A stretch of DNA of 64,000 bases from Dictyostelium discoideum (GCA_000004695.1 CM000155.2:288001-352000), one strand, 5' to 3'. Shown: positions 39,465-56,608, counted from the stretch's first letter. Program-made: numbers and translations. Notes: a model not told the origin generated them from the sequence alone.

Positions 39465-41866
39465 AAACTTAATAATGGATAACGTTCACTTGTATCATTG
39501 ATAACATCTGTTATTATACCTGTACTATTTTCATAAAATTCTTTACCTTTTAAAGTACATTGCATTGTTTCTACTTCCACCTCTATTAATTTTCCATCAA
39601 CTTTTAAAAATTTAACCAATGGTCTAATGAAATACATTATTCTACCACTATAAAACGAACCATAATAATCAATATATCCACAATCATCTCTACCACAACT
39701 CGTATCATTTCCATTGATTTTAATACATTCTTCACTATTTGGTAAATAACAAATTGTTTCACTATCACATTTTAATTGAATTGAATTGAATTTAAATTTA
39801 GTTGTTTTACTTAAATTGAAACCATCAATTATTAATTTACCACTACCACCACCCCCAGCAGATTCATTTTCTACTGATATAGTTTTAATAGTTGGTTCAA
39901 TAATTCTATATTTATATAATGCTAAACCTGTTTCTTTAAATTTAAATGAAAAATAAAATTCATCATTCTTTTGTGGTATTTTACAATTTGGAAATATAAA
40001 ATAAAATAAACCATTTTTAAATTCTAATAATGATGATTGTGAATAATTATCAGCATCAATATAAATATTACTATTCATATATTGATCTGGTGTTATTGCT
40101 TCACATCTAAGTGTTGCATTAATTATTAAATAATTTTTTGATAAATTATCATCACAAGTATTAAAATTTTCATCATCTTCATTTTCATCAGATTTAAAAT
40201 TTAATGAATAAATTTCCGCTGCATAATATTGATAAACTAAACTATATTTTCTATCACTATAAATAATTTGGCCACATGTCAAAAATGTATTATCATTATT
40301 AATTGTTGTTGGGAAATAACATTTAATTGAATAACCTTTAATTACATTCTCACATATTAAAATTGTATTTGAAAATTTTACAGTTGCATCTTTTATTAAA
40401 TTATCACCATTAATTATTATACTTGAAACAACACCATCACTACTATTAATATAATTTGAACTTTCAATTTTTGGTATTAAATATTGAAATGGTGAAATTT
40501 CATCAGAAGATATACCATTAATAGTTATTTTTAAAACTGTGAAATCCATTGAAAAATCTGATGGTAATGTACAAGTGATTTCAGTTTTATTTATTAATTT
40601 TGCATTTTCACAAAAAGTTTGTTTTGATGATATATAATTTAAAATTGATAAATTTGTTGTTGCTATTCCTTCTTCATTATTATTATCAATAAAATAATAA
40701 CCCTTAATAGTTATATTTTGATCACCAATTGGATAAATTTCAATTTTATTTTCACTTTCAATACCAATATTAATAATTGGTTTAATATTTAAAGTTAATT
40801 CATTTGATATAATACCATACTCTTTAACTCTAATAAATACTGTTTCATTTAACGTTAATTCTAATAATAATTTATTATTAAATCTACAAAAAATTAAATT
40901 ATATTCAATATTATCATCAATATCACAATCTAATGCAATATCAATTTCATTATTATTATAATCTGATTCTTTAACCCAATAAATTGAAATTGGTTCATTT
41001 AATAATTTAATTGGATTTGATAATCCTTTACCCTCAATTTTAAAATACATTTGAAATACTTGTGTAATTTGAACTAAATGTGGTATTGATTGGTTGAATT
41101 TAAATTGAATGATTTCATAATTTCCAATTTTTATATTTGATAAAATTTCATTTCTTATTATCATATCATCATCATCAATTGGTGATGGTGTTGGTGTTGG
41201 TATTAAAATTTTACATTGAATATATTGATTGGTTAAATTTAAAACTTGACTTATATTTAAGCAATCAATAAATGTAATACCATTATCAATACTAATTGTA
41301 ATATTATAATTTATATTATTAAATGGTTGCCATAAATAATTACCAAAATAGTAAATTGTTAATATTGTTTCATTGATTGTTGTTGTTTTTGATATACTAG
41401 TTTGTGCATTTATTATTATTGGTGTCATATCAATTTCAAGAAAAAGTTTATTTGATTCTTCTATTATTGTAAATCTTTTATTTACAACTGTGAAATTACA
41501 ATTTGTTAAAGTTTGTGGTATTGTTACAATAATAATTTTTGAATCATTGAATAAATAACTTTGTTCAACAATTAATGGTGATTCACCATTTTCCACTAGA
41601 AAATAAACTTTTGAAAATTCTGTAAATCCATCTCCATTTATAGTTATATCTAATTTATTTTGTGAATAACTATATATTTCCAAACAACTATAAAAAAGTA
41701 AAAATAAAATAAAAAAAAAATTAAAAAAAAATAAAAAAAAGTGTTTTATTTTAATAAAAACAGTGTTTCGAGAATATTTTTTTTATTTTAACCACACATA
41801 CCTCGATTTACTGGCAAAATATAAAATTATAATTAATAAACTGATAATTTGTTTTAAACTCATCAT
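38534..41866 (-). CDS. IPT/TIG-domain cell-surface glycoprotein (Tgr-like family candidate) with signal peptide and C-terminal hydrophobic GPI/TM tail; two exons, 41802..41866 and 38534..41687
   Basis: Exon 1 MMSLKQIISLLIIILYFASKS + AG ends at donor GTATGTGTGG; acceptor TTTTTATAG at 41689-41688 (phase 2). The tool's Met at 41683 is a TTG. The body is very N-rich with many N-x-S/T sites. IPT-like segments occur, e.g. PTIKTISVENESAGGGGSGKLIIDGFNLSKTTKFKFNSIQLKCDSETICYLP. It ends NINLIFILILIVLLF*. Confidence 0.65.
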
Positions 41867-42302
41867 TACTAAAAATTATAAAGTACGAGTGATGCTAATA
41901 AACGAGATGATTTAAAAAAAAAAAAATAAATAAAAAAAATAAAAAAAATAAAAAAAAAATAAAGATATTCCAAAAAAAATCATTTTTTTTATTTTTTTCA
42001 TTTTTTTTTTTTATTTTTTTTTTTTGATCAATTTCGTCCAACTCTTACTATCGTTTTTTTTTTATTATCATAAAAAAAAAAAAAAAAAAAAAAAAAAATT
42101 AAATAAAAAAAAAATATATTTTCCAAAAGAATTTTTTTTTGAAATATAAAAAAAATAAAAAATAAAAAATAATTTAATAACTAAATCTCAGATTTATTTT
42201 TAATAATTGTTTTCCATTTTTATTTCTATTTTTTTTTTTTTTATTTTTTTTTTATTTATTTATTTTTTTTTTATTTTTTATTTATTTTTTATTTATTTTT
42301 AT

Positions 42303-44395
42303 TTATTCGTCATCAGATTTTAAATCATCTTCATCTAAAAAGTCTAATAAACTCTTTGTACCATCCATTGAATCAATTTGATCTTCAATTTCTTCATCAG
42401 CACCACCATTTTCGTCATTTGTGTTATCTCCTTCTTTATTAATAGTGTAATGATCTTCAATATAATCATTTTCTTGATCATCATCATCTTGTTGTTGATT
42501 TTCAATTTCTTCAATTTTATTTAAAATCTCTAAAAGATTATTTAATTTTAATAATCTAATTGCTTGAGTATCATCCATACTTTTATGAGTTTTAATTAAT
42601 AATGATTGACCTTGTTTCTCTTTAAAGAAATTTAATAATGATTCTGGTACTGGTAATGTTGCTGATGATATCTTTAATTTTGTTAATAATGGATCCTTTA
42701 ATTTTGTTAAAACTAAAATACCTCTTTCACATAAAATTCTTGATCTAAAAAAAAAAAAAAAAAAAAAAGTTAGTATTTTATTTTAATTTTTAAATTTTTT
42801 AAAATAATACACATACTTTAAATAACTAATTGAATTTGTTGGTGGATTTGATAATTTTGATTCTTGAATGAATTGATTTAAAAATATTGAAATATTATTT
42901 ATATTATTTTTATTATTTGATGGTGATTGCTGAATAAATTGATCTTGAGAGAAATCAAAAGAGGTCATCATACTAACTAATTTTGGTAAAAATGTTATTG
43001 ATTTACCTAATAATAATTTAATTGCAGAATAATCAGATTCAATGAATTGAATTGATGAATTTGAAGAATTTAATAATGAAAATTTGAATAAATTAGTTGC
43101 CAATTTAACATATGATTTAATAATTGAAACATCATTATCAATACTATTATTATTTTTTAAATTATCTAAAATTGAAATTGATAAAAATTGTCTTAATGAT
43201 TTATAAATACTTGAATTACTTTCTTTATCATTAATATCTGATAAATCTATAATTGTATTTAACATATCTATAATTTCATTTGTTACCTATATAAATAAAA
43301 TAATAATAATAATAATTAATAAATAATAATTAATAATTATTAATAAATAGTAAATAAATAAATAATACATTACATTATTTAATGTTAAAGAATACATTAT
43401 AAATTTATGTAATAATTGACAAGGTGATAATTTTGAAGTTATAAAAAATGAATTTATAATTATTGAATATTTATCGGATTGATTTAATGAAATTGATTGT
43501 TTATATAAATGTTGTAATTCTTCTGGTTGATTATCTTTTAATTGTTGAATTAATGATTCTCTACCACTAATAATTTGATATGATAATAAATTTTTGAAAA
43601 TTGTATTTGAAATTTCCTCCTCTTCCTCATCTTCTGATTTATTATTATTATTTTCATTATCTTCATCATTATCATCATCTTCATCATCATCATCATCGAC
43701 AGTTTCTTTAATTTCAATATCCTCAATATCATTATCTTTTTTAGATTTTAATATTGCTCTAACTCTATTATTATTAATTATTTATTATTAATTATTAGTA
43801 TTTTTTTTTTTTTTTTTTTTTTTTAGAAAATATATAATTGAAATTACATTCTATAAAATTTATGCCAAGATTGTGGTTTAAATAATAATTCTCTAATTCC
43901 TTCATGTTTAAGTTGATTTATTGATTCAAAATATAAACCTCTAAGTGTTGAACCAGTTGAATTTTTACCCTTTAATTGTTGAGCATATGATGCTGCCATT
44001 GTTTTTATAAATCTTTCGCATAATAATTGTTCATTGGTTTTACCTTTTGGTTTTTTTTCAACATTTTCATCTTTATCATCATCACCATCTTCTTCTTCTT
44101 CCTCTTCCTCTTCTTCATTATTGTTAAATGTTATTTTATCTTCTTCTTGTTCTTCTTCTTTTTCTTGTTCTTGTTCTTTTTCTTCTATTTGTTCAACTTG
44201 TTCAACTTGTTCTTCTTGTTCTTCTTGTTCTTCTTGTTCTTCTTGTTCTTCTTGTTCTTCTTGTTCTTCTGGTTCTTCAATTATAGGTTGCTTTACATTT
44301 TTAGTAATTTTAGTATTTTTACCTAATTTGATTTGTTTTATTGGTTTTTTTGGTTTAACTAATGATTGATTAACTCTTTTTTTTGATTCAACCAT
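42303..44395 (-). CDS. Hypothetical acidic (probably nuclear) protein, ~616 aa; four exons, 43848..44395, 43374..43764, 42817..43286 and 42303..42744
   Basis: Three minus-strand ORFs plus an unannotated middle exon join with canonical sites and consistent phases. Junctions are AT|GTAATT...AATAATAG (phase 2), AAT|GTAATG...TATATAG (phase 0) and AA|GTATGTG...TTTTTTAG (phase 2). Basic N-terminus MVESKKRVNQSLVKPKKP, long (EEQ)n and poly-D runs, acidic C-terminus ...DFLDEDDLKSDDE*. No motif I can assign. Confidence 0.55.
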
Positions 44396-44870
44396 TTTTT
44401 TTTTTTTTTCAAAGTGTGTATTTTAATTATTACAATGAAACTGATTCGTTCGTTTATTTCGTTTTTTTTTTTTTTTATTTTTTTTTTTATTTTTTTTTTT
44501 TTTTTGAAAATTTTTTTTTTTTTAAATTTTATTTTTTTTTATTTTTTATTTTTTTTATTTTTATTTTTTTTTTATTTTTATTTTTGGGTTCAGCCGAAGA
44601 ATATATTTATAAATATAATTAATTAATTTTGTTGGAAAAAAAAAAAAAAAAATTAAATGTTTTTTCCTTTTTTTTTATTCTCAAACAAGTCAGCATGTAG
44701 TATTCGTATATATATATATATATATATAATTATTTCAAATTATAATTACAATAAAATATTAGATTATTATTAAACATAATAATGTGGTGGTCAAGATATT
44801 TTTAGTTTAAAATAAAAATAAAAGAATAAAAAAAAATACTTGTCTTTTTTTTAAATTGCCACCATTTTCC

Positions 44871-44912
<42 letters not shown>

Positions 44913-45291
44913 AAAACAATTATAAAGTTGGTTAAATTGGTAGATTTACAAGTATATCTCAATAAATGATATTTTTATAACAATTTTATAATACTTATTT
45001 AAAAACTATACATCTATTTTACATGATATTGAATTAGAAGGTCCATTTGGTCAACTTTGTAAAATGATTGGGTATGTATAAAAAATGATTAAATAATTAG
45101 AATTTATTTAAATTCTAAAAATAAAATAAAATGTTATTTAATTTTTTCAACAGTTTATCAAATAAATAAATAAAGCCTTGTATAGTGAAAATAAAAAAAA
45201 TAAAGATAAAATAGTTTTTTTTTTTTTTTAATAAAAATTTGTTTATTTTATTTATTTGTTTGTTTGTTAGTTTGATTATTCATTTTTTAAT

Positions 45292-48043
45292 TTATTTGTT
45301 TGATGAGAGCAGCACCAACAGAATCAACACAACCAATTGTAATACCTGAAATTGCCCACCTGATAGTTTGGATGATTCACTATTTCCTTCAGCACCGATT
45401 GATGGTGATGGAGATATTGATATTTGAATTTCTTCAATTTTAACATCATAATTATATGATGTTGAGCCTAATTGGAGATATAATACTCCTGATGTTTCAT
45501 TAACAAATGAATTTGAATGGCATGATAAACAATCAGTACTATTTGTAATATCGATTTCATTTGAACTTAATATTGGATTACTATCATAAAATGTTTCATT
45601 TGGTGATAAACTACATTGTAAATTACATAAAAGAGAAACATTTTGTGATGAAAGTGCCAAGCTTGCATGAATATTACCTGATAAACCAACACCACCCACT
45701 GTTATTGAAATACCTTCTTTTTTATTTTTAATGGTTGGAACAACTGTAATCTTTGGTTTAAAATATGTTAAGAATGCATTTGGTCCTAAATTATCTCCAA
45801 TGAATGTTGAAACAAGTAGTGGACTCTCTATACTATCAGTTCTGACTATTAACATCTTTTCATCATGAGTAATAATCGTGGTATTTTTATTATTTGCTAA
45901 TACTTTAACTTTGAATTCATCTTCATTTGTTAATAAATTCTTACCAGAAACTGTGATTGTACCTCCACAACCAATTGTTTTATTATCTATATTTATTATA
46001 CCATTAATAACAGGTGGAAATGTTAAACTAAATAATGATTCCATATTAATTCCATCTACAGTAATATCAATTGGACCATAATCATATGAATTCAATGTTT
46101 TAATTGTTAATTGATTATCTTTTAATGCTAAAATTTCTGATGAAATATCATTACCATCGAAATAGACTTGAATTAATGGTATTGAGTTACCGAAATTATT
46201 TCCATGAAATGTAATATTAAATTGATCTTTAGAAAATTTACGATGCTCGATTATTGGAGGAGCATATGAGTATCCATCACTAACTGTCTCTGAGTTTAAT
46301 TTGAATATGAATTGTTTATTTAAACCAGTACCATATGGTGTTGAACATTTTGTTTTATAGTAACCAGATGTTAATGATTGTGATGATGGTATTGAACATT
46401 GGGTGGCTGATGATGAATTACCAATAGTAATACTTGGTGTTGATGATGAAATTAATGGACAATCCATATAATATATTTCAATATTTAATGTTCCATTAGA
46501 TACATTTGGTCTATTAATTACATTAATAATTAATGATGCAGAAATTGAAATTGTATTTGAGGAAATATTAGAACGAGTAAAACTAATATTAAAAGATCTA
46601 CATCTTAAATGAGGTAATTTAAATGTTAAACTCTTTTCATCAGATGTAACATTTAATTGGTCAATTTTTAAATAACTATTAGTTCCATCAGCATACAATT
46701 GAACGAATGATTCTTTATTTTTACCAAAATTTGTACCAATTAATGTAACGAAACCATTTGAATATGATCCACTTGATAATGTTGGAATATTATATGTAAA
46801 TGATACATTATTATTACTTGTTGAATTGCAACCTCCGAAATTAACGTTAACTGGTAAATCTCTACCACCATATTCATTTGGATCTAATTGACATTCTAAT
46901 TCGTTTGTTGTTGATTTAATTAATGTACATTGTTTATTTCCAATTGTAATTGAGGGTTTCAATGATGGATATAAAGTCGAAGATAATTTAACACCTTTAA
47001 TTGTTACAATACCTCCTAAATAATTTGATACTGATGATATTGATGTTATTATTGCTGGAAAACAATGAGTAAAATCCTTTTGAAGAGTAATTTTATTTAC
47101 CTTAATATTAATAGACATTGGACCAAGATCAGGTCTACTAAAGTTATTCACTTGAATTTGTGTATGATTTACTGAAATTATAAAATTTGTTTGATTAATA
47201 CCTCCCAGAAAAACCTCTACCAACTTTTTATCTGTAAAGAAGTTATCACCATTAATTGTTAATATCCCTAATGATTCGTCTGAAACAGTACTTGATATTT
47301 TAGGTGATTTGTATGAAAATGGAATAGGAAAATCACCTTCATCTTCAAAGTTAATTTCAAAATTTCCAGAACCTGGTGGAAATGATACAGTGATATTATT
47401 ACAGTCAAAAGAAGGATCAGAGAAATTACCTTTAACAACAAAAGAAACACCATTTCCATAGTTACTTTTAATAAAATTAGGACCTCCCCTGAATCTTAAA
47501 TAATTACCAGTAAATACTACATCACCTCCAGACGTTGCCGGTTTTTTATTAAACTTGATATCACTTACAAATTGAAATGTATATCCAGTACCAGAAAATT
47601 TATCTATATCTGTAAGATTAAATGAACAATTTTCAACTGGATTTGATAGTTCTTTTGCACATACCTTACTATGAGCACTACCCCATAATCTTGAGAATGG
47701 TTCATCTGAATGGAATGTACAAAGTCTCATACTACCAACAACGACACTACAATTGAAATAATTTGGTGCCATTTCATATCTGGGTGTTGTTTCGTTTTGA
47801 TACATAATTAAACGGGTAGGGTAAGAACGATCGCTTGGATAATTAAAATAATGTATTGTAAATGATTTTTCACTAATTGTTGCAACTAATTAAAATAAAT
47901 TAATTTCATAAACAAATTAATTATCAATAATTAAAAATATAATGATACTTACTATATGCCATTGGATCTTCCATTGAATATGGATATCCTAATTTAAAAA
48001 TTGAGAATAAAAAAAAAACTAGTAATATTATTTTATTTTCCAT
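45292..48043 (-). CDS. IPT/TIG-domain single-pass/GPI cell-surface glycoprotein (Tgr-like family candidate); main exon 45292..47886, candidate signal-peptide exon 47953..48043
   Basis: Main ORF of 837 aa. Clear IPT/TIG signatures: [25 protein letters not shown]...[11 protein letters not shown]...ELECQLDP, and [28 protein letters not shown]. The C-terminal TM is [21 protein letters not shown]. Upstream exon [30 protein letters not shown] + A has donor GTAAGT, and the only acceptor is TTAATTAG at 47888-47887. However the junction is phase 1 into phase 0, and a TAG stop lies at 47889-47887. So the 5' structure is inconsistent as read (frameshift/pseudogene or my error). Confidence 0.6.
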
Positions 48044-50399
48044 TTTTATTTTTATTTGGGTTTATTAATAATTAATAAAAATTGAAAAAGTGAAATTTTA
48101 TTATTACTGGAGAAAATAATTCTTAATAAATAAATAGAAAAAAAAAAAAAGTAAAAAAAAAAAAAAAAAAAACGAAATAATAATAATAATAATAATATAA
48201 AAAAACCGAAAATAATTTCTATTTTTAGAAGTTCTCTACCGAATGATATTGATTGGTATCATTTCATACATCAACCAAAAAAGATTTATAAATCTATTAA
48301 ATTCATAAAAAAAAAAAAAAAAAAAAACATTGGAAAATTTATTTAATAAAATTCAAAATAGTAATTTAAAAATAAATAATTATTTTACATTAACCAAAAA
48401 TTTCTTTTATTCATTTCTAATTGTCTTTGGTTCAGTAATTCCTTTTCTTTCAGATAATTGTTCTTATTTAATTTGGTTTTTTTTTTTTTTTTTTTTTTTT
48501 TGATGTATGTAAAGGAATGGGTTATATTAATTTTTAAAAAACAAAATAAAAATAAATAAATGCAAACTATTTTTTAAAAAAAAAACACAATTTATTTATT
48601 TTCTATTGTGGTTTAAATTCCTTTTTTTAATATAAAAATAATTGATGGTGATGGAGATATTGATATTTGAAATTCTTCAATTATAACCATAATTATATGA
48701 TGTTGATGACCAACATCATATAATTTTCGAAATTTTCAACCAAGAAGTCTCGAACGAAAACTCTGAAATATATAAAACTAAATAAATTAATTATTATTTT
48801 AATTATTATTGTTTAATTATTTATCATTATTATTATTATTACTATTATTAATATTATGATTATAAAAAAATTATAAATATTAAACAATGTAAATCATTAC
48901 AGATCAAAAAAATTGCAATCGGATAGAAATTCTATCTAATAGATCAATAAAAAAAAAAATCTTAATCGAAGAGATCCACGGCATTTTCTTTTTTTTTTTT
49001 TTTGAAAATGTTTTTTTATTTTATTTATTTTATTTTTTTTATTTTATTTTTTTTATTTTATTATTTTTTTTATTTTCTATTTTTTTTTTTTTTTTTTTTT
49101 TTTTCAAACAATAATTTAAATATATCAAAAAATTTTTTTTTTTTTTTTTTTTCACATTTTTATTAATAAAAACTATTTTAGAAAATAATTACGTTAATAG
49201 AATAATATAAACCTCTAGAATGATCGAAAAAAAAAAAAAAAAATTTCAGAAAAAAAAAAACAAAAAAAAAGAAAAAAAAAATTAATTAGACCTAATTAAT
49301 TCATTTTAACCAAAAACAAGCGCTGTTTTTTTTTAACACACAACTTTTTTAATACCCTTACCCTACCTACATTAATTTCATGTGAATATCAATATTCTAA
49401 TTATATTCATTTATGTTTTTTTTTTTTTTGATCTTTCCACCCATTCCTTTCTGTTTTTCATCATATAAAAACAATTCAATATTTGAATTAATGTGTGTGT
49501 GTGGGTTTACCATTATTCACACTTAGAAGATTAAAATGAGATATACATTTTCAATATTTACAATCAATACAAAGGTAATTTTTTTTTTTTTTGTTAAATT
49601 AATATTAATTTTTTTTTTTTTTTTCTTTTTTATTGTAATTTAACTACAATACCATATAAGAGTATAATTTGTTGGGGGTGTGCAAAAAAGTGGGGGCATA
49701 GAAATACTTTTTACCCATACTCCACATTAATTTATATTGATTAGGGTATTAAAATTTGAAAAAAAAAATTGAACTCACCATTTTTTCCTTTTTAATCATT
49801 GTATTATTAGTTTTTTAAAGTATAGTGTGTATTTTGTTTGCAAAAAATGAATAAAAACATGAAAATTATAATTTGTAAACCCTTTTTATTGTTCATTTCA
49901 TCAAACATCTTTTTTTTATAGAATAATACAATAATCACATCATTCACTCGATATACCAATAATATAAAAAATTAAAAAATATAATAATTAAAAAAAAAAA
50001 TAATAATAATAATAATAATATTTTTTTTAATAATTTTTAAATAAATAAAAAAAAATATTAATAAAAAAATTAAAAAAATAATTAATAAACAAAAAAAAAA
50101 ATTACTTAAAGCCAAAAAAAAAAAAAACATAAATAAATTCTATTCATTAAAAAAAAAAAAATAATTGTAAATATAATAATAGTTTTAAATAAATTTGTTT
50201 ATTCAAATATTCTAGTTATTTTTTTTTCCATTCTTTTTTGTAAATAACTATTTTTTTATATTAATAATTAAATAAAACTTTTTTTTTTTAAACTAATTCT
50301 ATTTTTGATTTAAATAAAAATAAACAAAACAAAACAAAATAAAATAAAATATAAAATAAATAATTAAATAATTAAATTATCAAATAATTAAATTTCTTT

Positions 50400-50606
50400 T
50401 AAAAATATAATAAAATAATATAATATAATATAATATAATATAATATAATATAATATAATATAATAGTTGATAATATAATATAATATATATAATAAATATA
50501 TATAAATAAATAATTAAATAGATAAATTTCTTTTAAAATAAAAATAAAAATAAAATACAATATAATAAAAAAATAAATAATATAAATATATAAATTAATA
50601 AATTAA

Positions 50607-50653
<47 letters not shown>

Positions 50654-50738
50654 AAAAATAAATTAATAAATTAATAAATTAATAAATTAATAAATTAATA
50701 AATTAATAAATTAATAAATTAATAAATTAATAAATATA

Positions 50739-50770
<32 letters not shown>
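50400..50770. repeat. Compound AT-rich microsatellites: (ATAAT)n, (AAAT)n, (AATTAATAAATT)n
   Basis: Directly visible tandem units in the kinase gene 5' flank. Confidence 0.85.
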
Positions 50771-50774
<4 letters not shown>

Positions 50775-50917
50775 ATATTTGTTTTAATTAATAATAATTT
50801 TTTTATATAAATACTTCAAAAAAATAAAATAAAATAAAAGGTAAGAAGAACAAATTTTTTCATTTTAAAACAACAATTAACAAAATATTAATTATTATTT
50901 TTTTTATTACAGTTCGA

Positions 50918-53906
<2,989 letters not shown>

Positions 53907-54350
53907 TTTAAAAATCTTTTTTAAAGTAAAATAAATTTAATTTTTGTAAATCATCTTATCAACTGTCCAAATAGTTGATCATTCTAAAAAATAAATAAAT
54001 AAATCATATAAATAAATTAAAAATTTATACAAATATAAAATAAATAAACTAAAAATCAAATAAATAAAAATAGTTTTATTAATAAAAAATTAATACTCTT
54101 GTAATAATTACACTTAATAATTAATTTTTTTTTTTTTTTTCAATATTGTTAATTATTGTTTTTAAATCTTTTTTTTTTTTAAAAAAAAATAAAAGAATAA
54201 ATATTTAAATTGGTGCTATAAACTGTTTGGACAATTGTGTTTTTGAATTTGTTAAATCTTTTCTTTTTTTTTTTCTCTTTAATAGTCTAAAAAATATTAA
54301 AGAAAAATAATAATAATAATAATTCTGTTTTCTATTTTTTTTTTTTTTAA

Positions 54351-54383
<33 letters not shown>

Positions 54384-54745
54384 CTTTAATTATTATATAA
54401 ATAAATAAGATGTTGGTTTCTTTTTTTAAAATCAGTTGGTTACATTCAATGAATTATTTTCATTATTGAATTATTATTATTATTTTTATTATTATTTACC
54501 GCCAATACATTTAAAACTATTGGTTGTTTGATATTTATTTTTACTAATGAATAAGTTTTCTATCCTCGTGTAATTTGGTGTTCAAATTGATAATGTTCCA
54601 AAAAAACCAATAATCTAAAATGAATCCATAAAAAGAAATATAAATTTTATTTTATTTATAATTATATTCTCAACGATTTAAATCATTTAATTATTTTATT
54701 ACTTTCGTTTAGGCGCTTTTTTTCCCTGCAGTCAGGAAAAAATAA

Positions 54746-55712
54746 TTTAAAATTTCCCTACAACAGAAATTACAATTTTAAATGGAGACCAACTAACCCG
54801 TACTGAAATTTATTATGAATTACCAATAAAATCAAGTTGTTCAATTGTTTCGAACCAAATGATTAAATGTCTTGGTAATTTTATAAATTATTTAGATTTA
54901 TTTAAAAATGGTAAAATTAAAATACAATTTTCAATATGATTATAATTGATAATATCATAAACCAGTGGAGTTGAAAACAAGAGATTGGTTTACAAATTTA
55001 ATCGATGGAGTTATATCAATTTTAAAATCTGGAGAAGTTACATCACAAACAATTAGATATATATAACTTGAACTGGCTTCATTGAGAATGAAAATGGATC
55101 ACTCATAAAAATAATTGGATTGTGATGAATTATTAATTAATGGTGAAAATTTTAATGAAAATACAATTTACAATACATCTGTATATTGCTTTTCAAAAAA
55201 ACAAGTTTATAATTGTTCATTTATAAACTATACATCTATCTCATGTGATATTGAATTGGTAGGTCCATTCGATCAACTTTGTAAAATCAAATTTAATGGG
55301 TAAAGATGAGAATTATAATATTTCAATATCATATTATCCTCCATTAGTTTTAAATTCAACAAAGATTTCGAATTCATCGATTAGTGGAATTATTACAATT
55401 TTTGGTAATGAATTTTATAATCAAATTGATTTAATTACAGTTGGTAAAAGTAAATGTTTAAACTCTACATTTATAAATTCAACATCGATTTCATGTTTTG
55501 TAGAACCTTCAAATTTTATTATTAATCAAACTGAACAACAACAACAACAATATGTTAACATTACAATTAATAGCAAAAGTGGTGGTAATAATTTAATAAT
55601 TTATTCTGGTAATTCAAATAGAATTGATGAAAATAATAAATCAAATAAAAATACAATTGATGATAAACAAACCAACAATGAAATCAAAAATGAATCCATA
55701 AAAGAAATATAA
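54746..55712 (+). pseudogene. Truncated, rearranged 3' fragment of a tandem-family IPT/TIG gene (copy 0): no 5' part, internal ~165-bp inversion, frameshifts
   Basis: It aligns by eye to 58635..59624 of the intact copy. The segment ~54955..55120 is the reverse complement of the equivalent of 58820..58985, which is why minus-strand [18 protein letters not shown]-type ORFs appear antisense in the intact copies. Reading frames are broken (ORFs 55115..55303 and 55296..55712 are in different frames). Confidence 0.7.
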
Positions 55713-56608
55713 ATTTAATTTTATTTATAATTATATTCTCAACGATTTTAATCATTTAATTAAATTTATTACTTTCGTTATAAAAAAAATTAAACTCACA
55801 CCAAAAACAATGATTTAGTATATATAAAAATGATTATTTTTAGTGGTTTTGTGTCAAATAAAAAAAAATAATAATACAATAATAAATTTTGAACATGTTG
55901 TTTTTTTTTTTTAATTTTTTTTTTTTTAATTATTTTTATAATAATTATTTTTTTGTTTTTACTATTTGATAAGTGTGTTATTGTGAATTTTGATAATTAA
56001 AATAATATATAAAAATCAAAAATAATTAAAAATATTACCACTTCTCATAAACTACTTTTTATGGTAGTGGTTGAAAAAAAAAAAAAATAATAATAATTTT
56101 AATTTCAATTAAAAAAAACAAGCCCAAAAAAGTTTAATACAATAAATAGTATTCTAATATGATGAAAGAAACATCAAGTGGTGGGTGGTAAACTTGGCAC
56201 ACAGTGTTAAAAAAAAACAATATGAGTAATATTGAAAATCATACAACAAAACTGATAATATTAAAAGAAATTAGTGGGATGTGTGTGTTGAAAAACATTT
56301 TTCAATAAATTATGTGATTGTTTATTTTTAATTTAATATTGAAGCATTACCTTATTGTTTTTATTATTATTTTTATTATTATTATTTTTTTTTTTTTTTT
56401 TTTTTATTATCAATATTTTTGTTTTTTTTAATTATTATTAATATTTATGTTTTTTTTTAATTATTAATATTTTTGTTTTTAAAAAATTTTTATAATTATT
56501 ATTTTTATTTTTAAATAATTTTTTTTCCAACCCAAACCCGTAATATTAAATTTTTTTCCCTTTTCAAAAAAACAATTTCATTATTAAAATAATAAATAGT
56601 AAATCAAA

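Noticed and set aside
44027-44626. Poly-F/L ORFs 44027..44326(+), 44034..44369(+), 44383..44622(+), 44414..44626(+)
   Set aside because: Antisense of the (GAA/CAA)n exon 1 of the acidic-protein gene and of the poly-A promoter tract.
49536-49574. ATG AGA TAT ACA TTT ... AAG|GTAATTT, a possible mini first exon 1.3 kb upstream of the kinase gene
   Set aside because: The peptide is not signal-like. The TTACAG acceptor just 5' of the kinase ATG is in the wrong phase, so it is probably chance.
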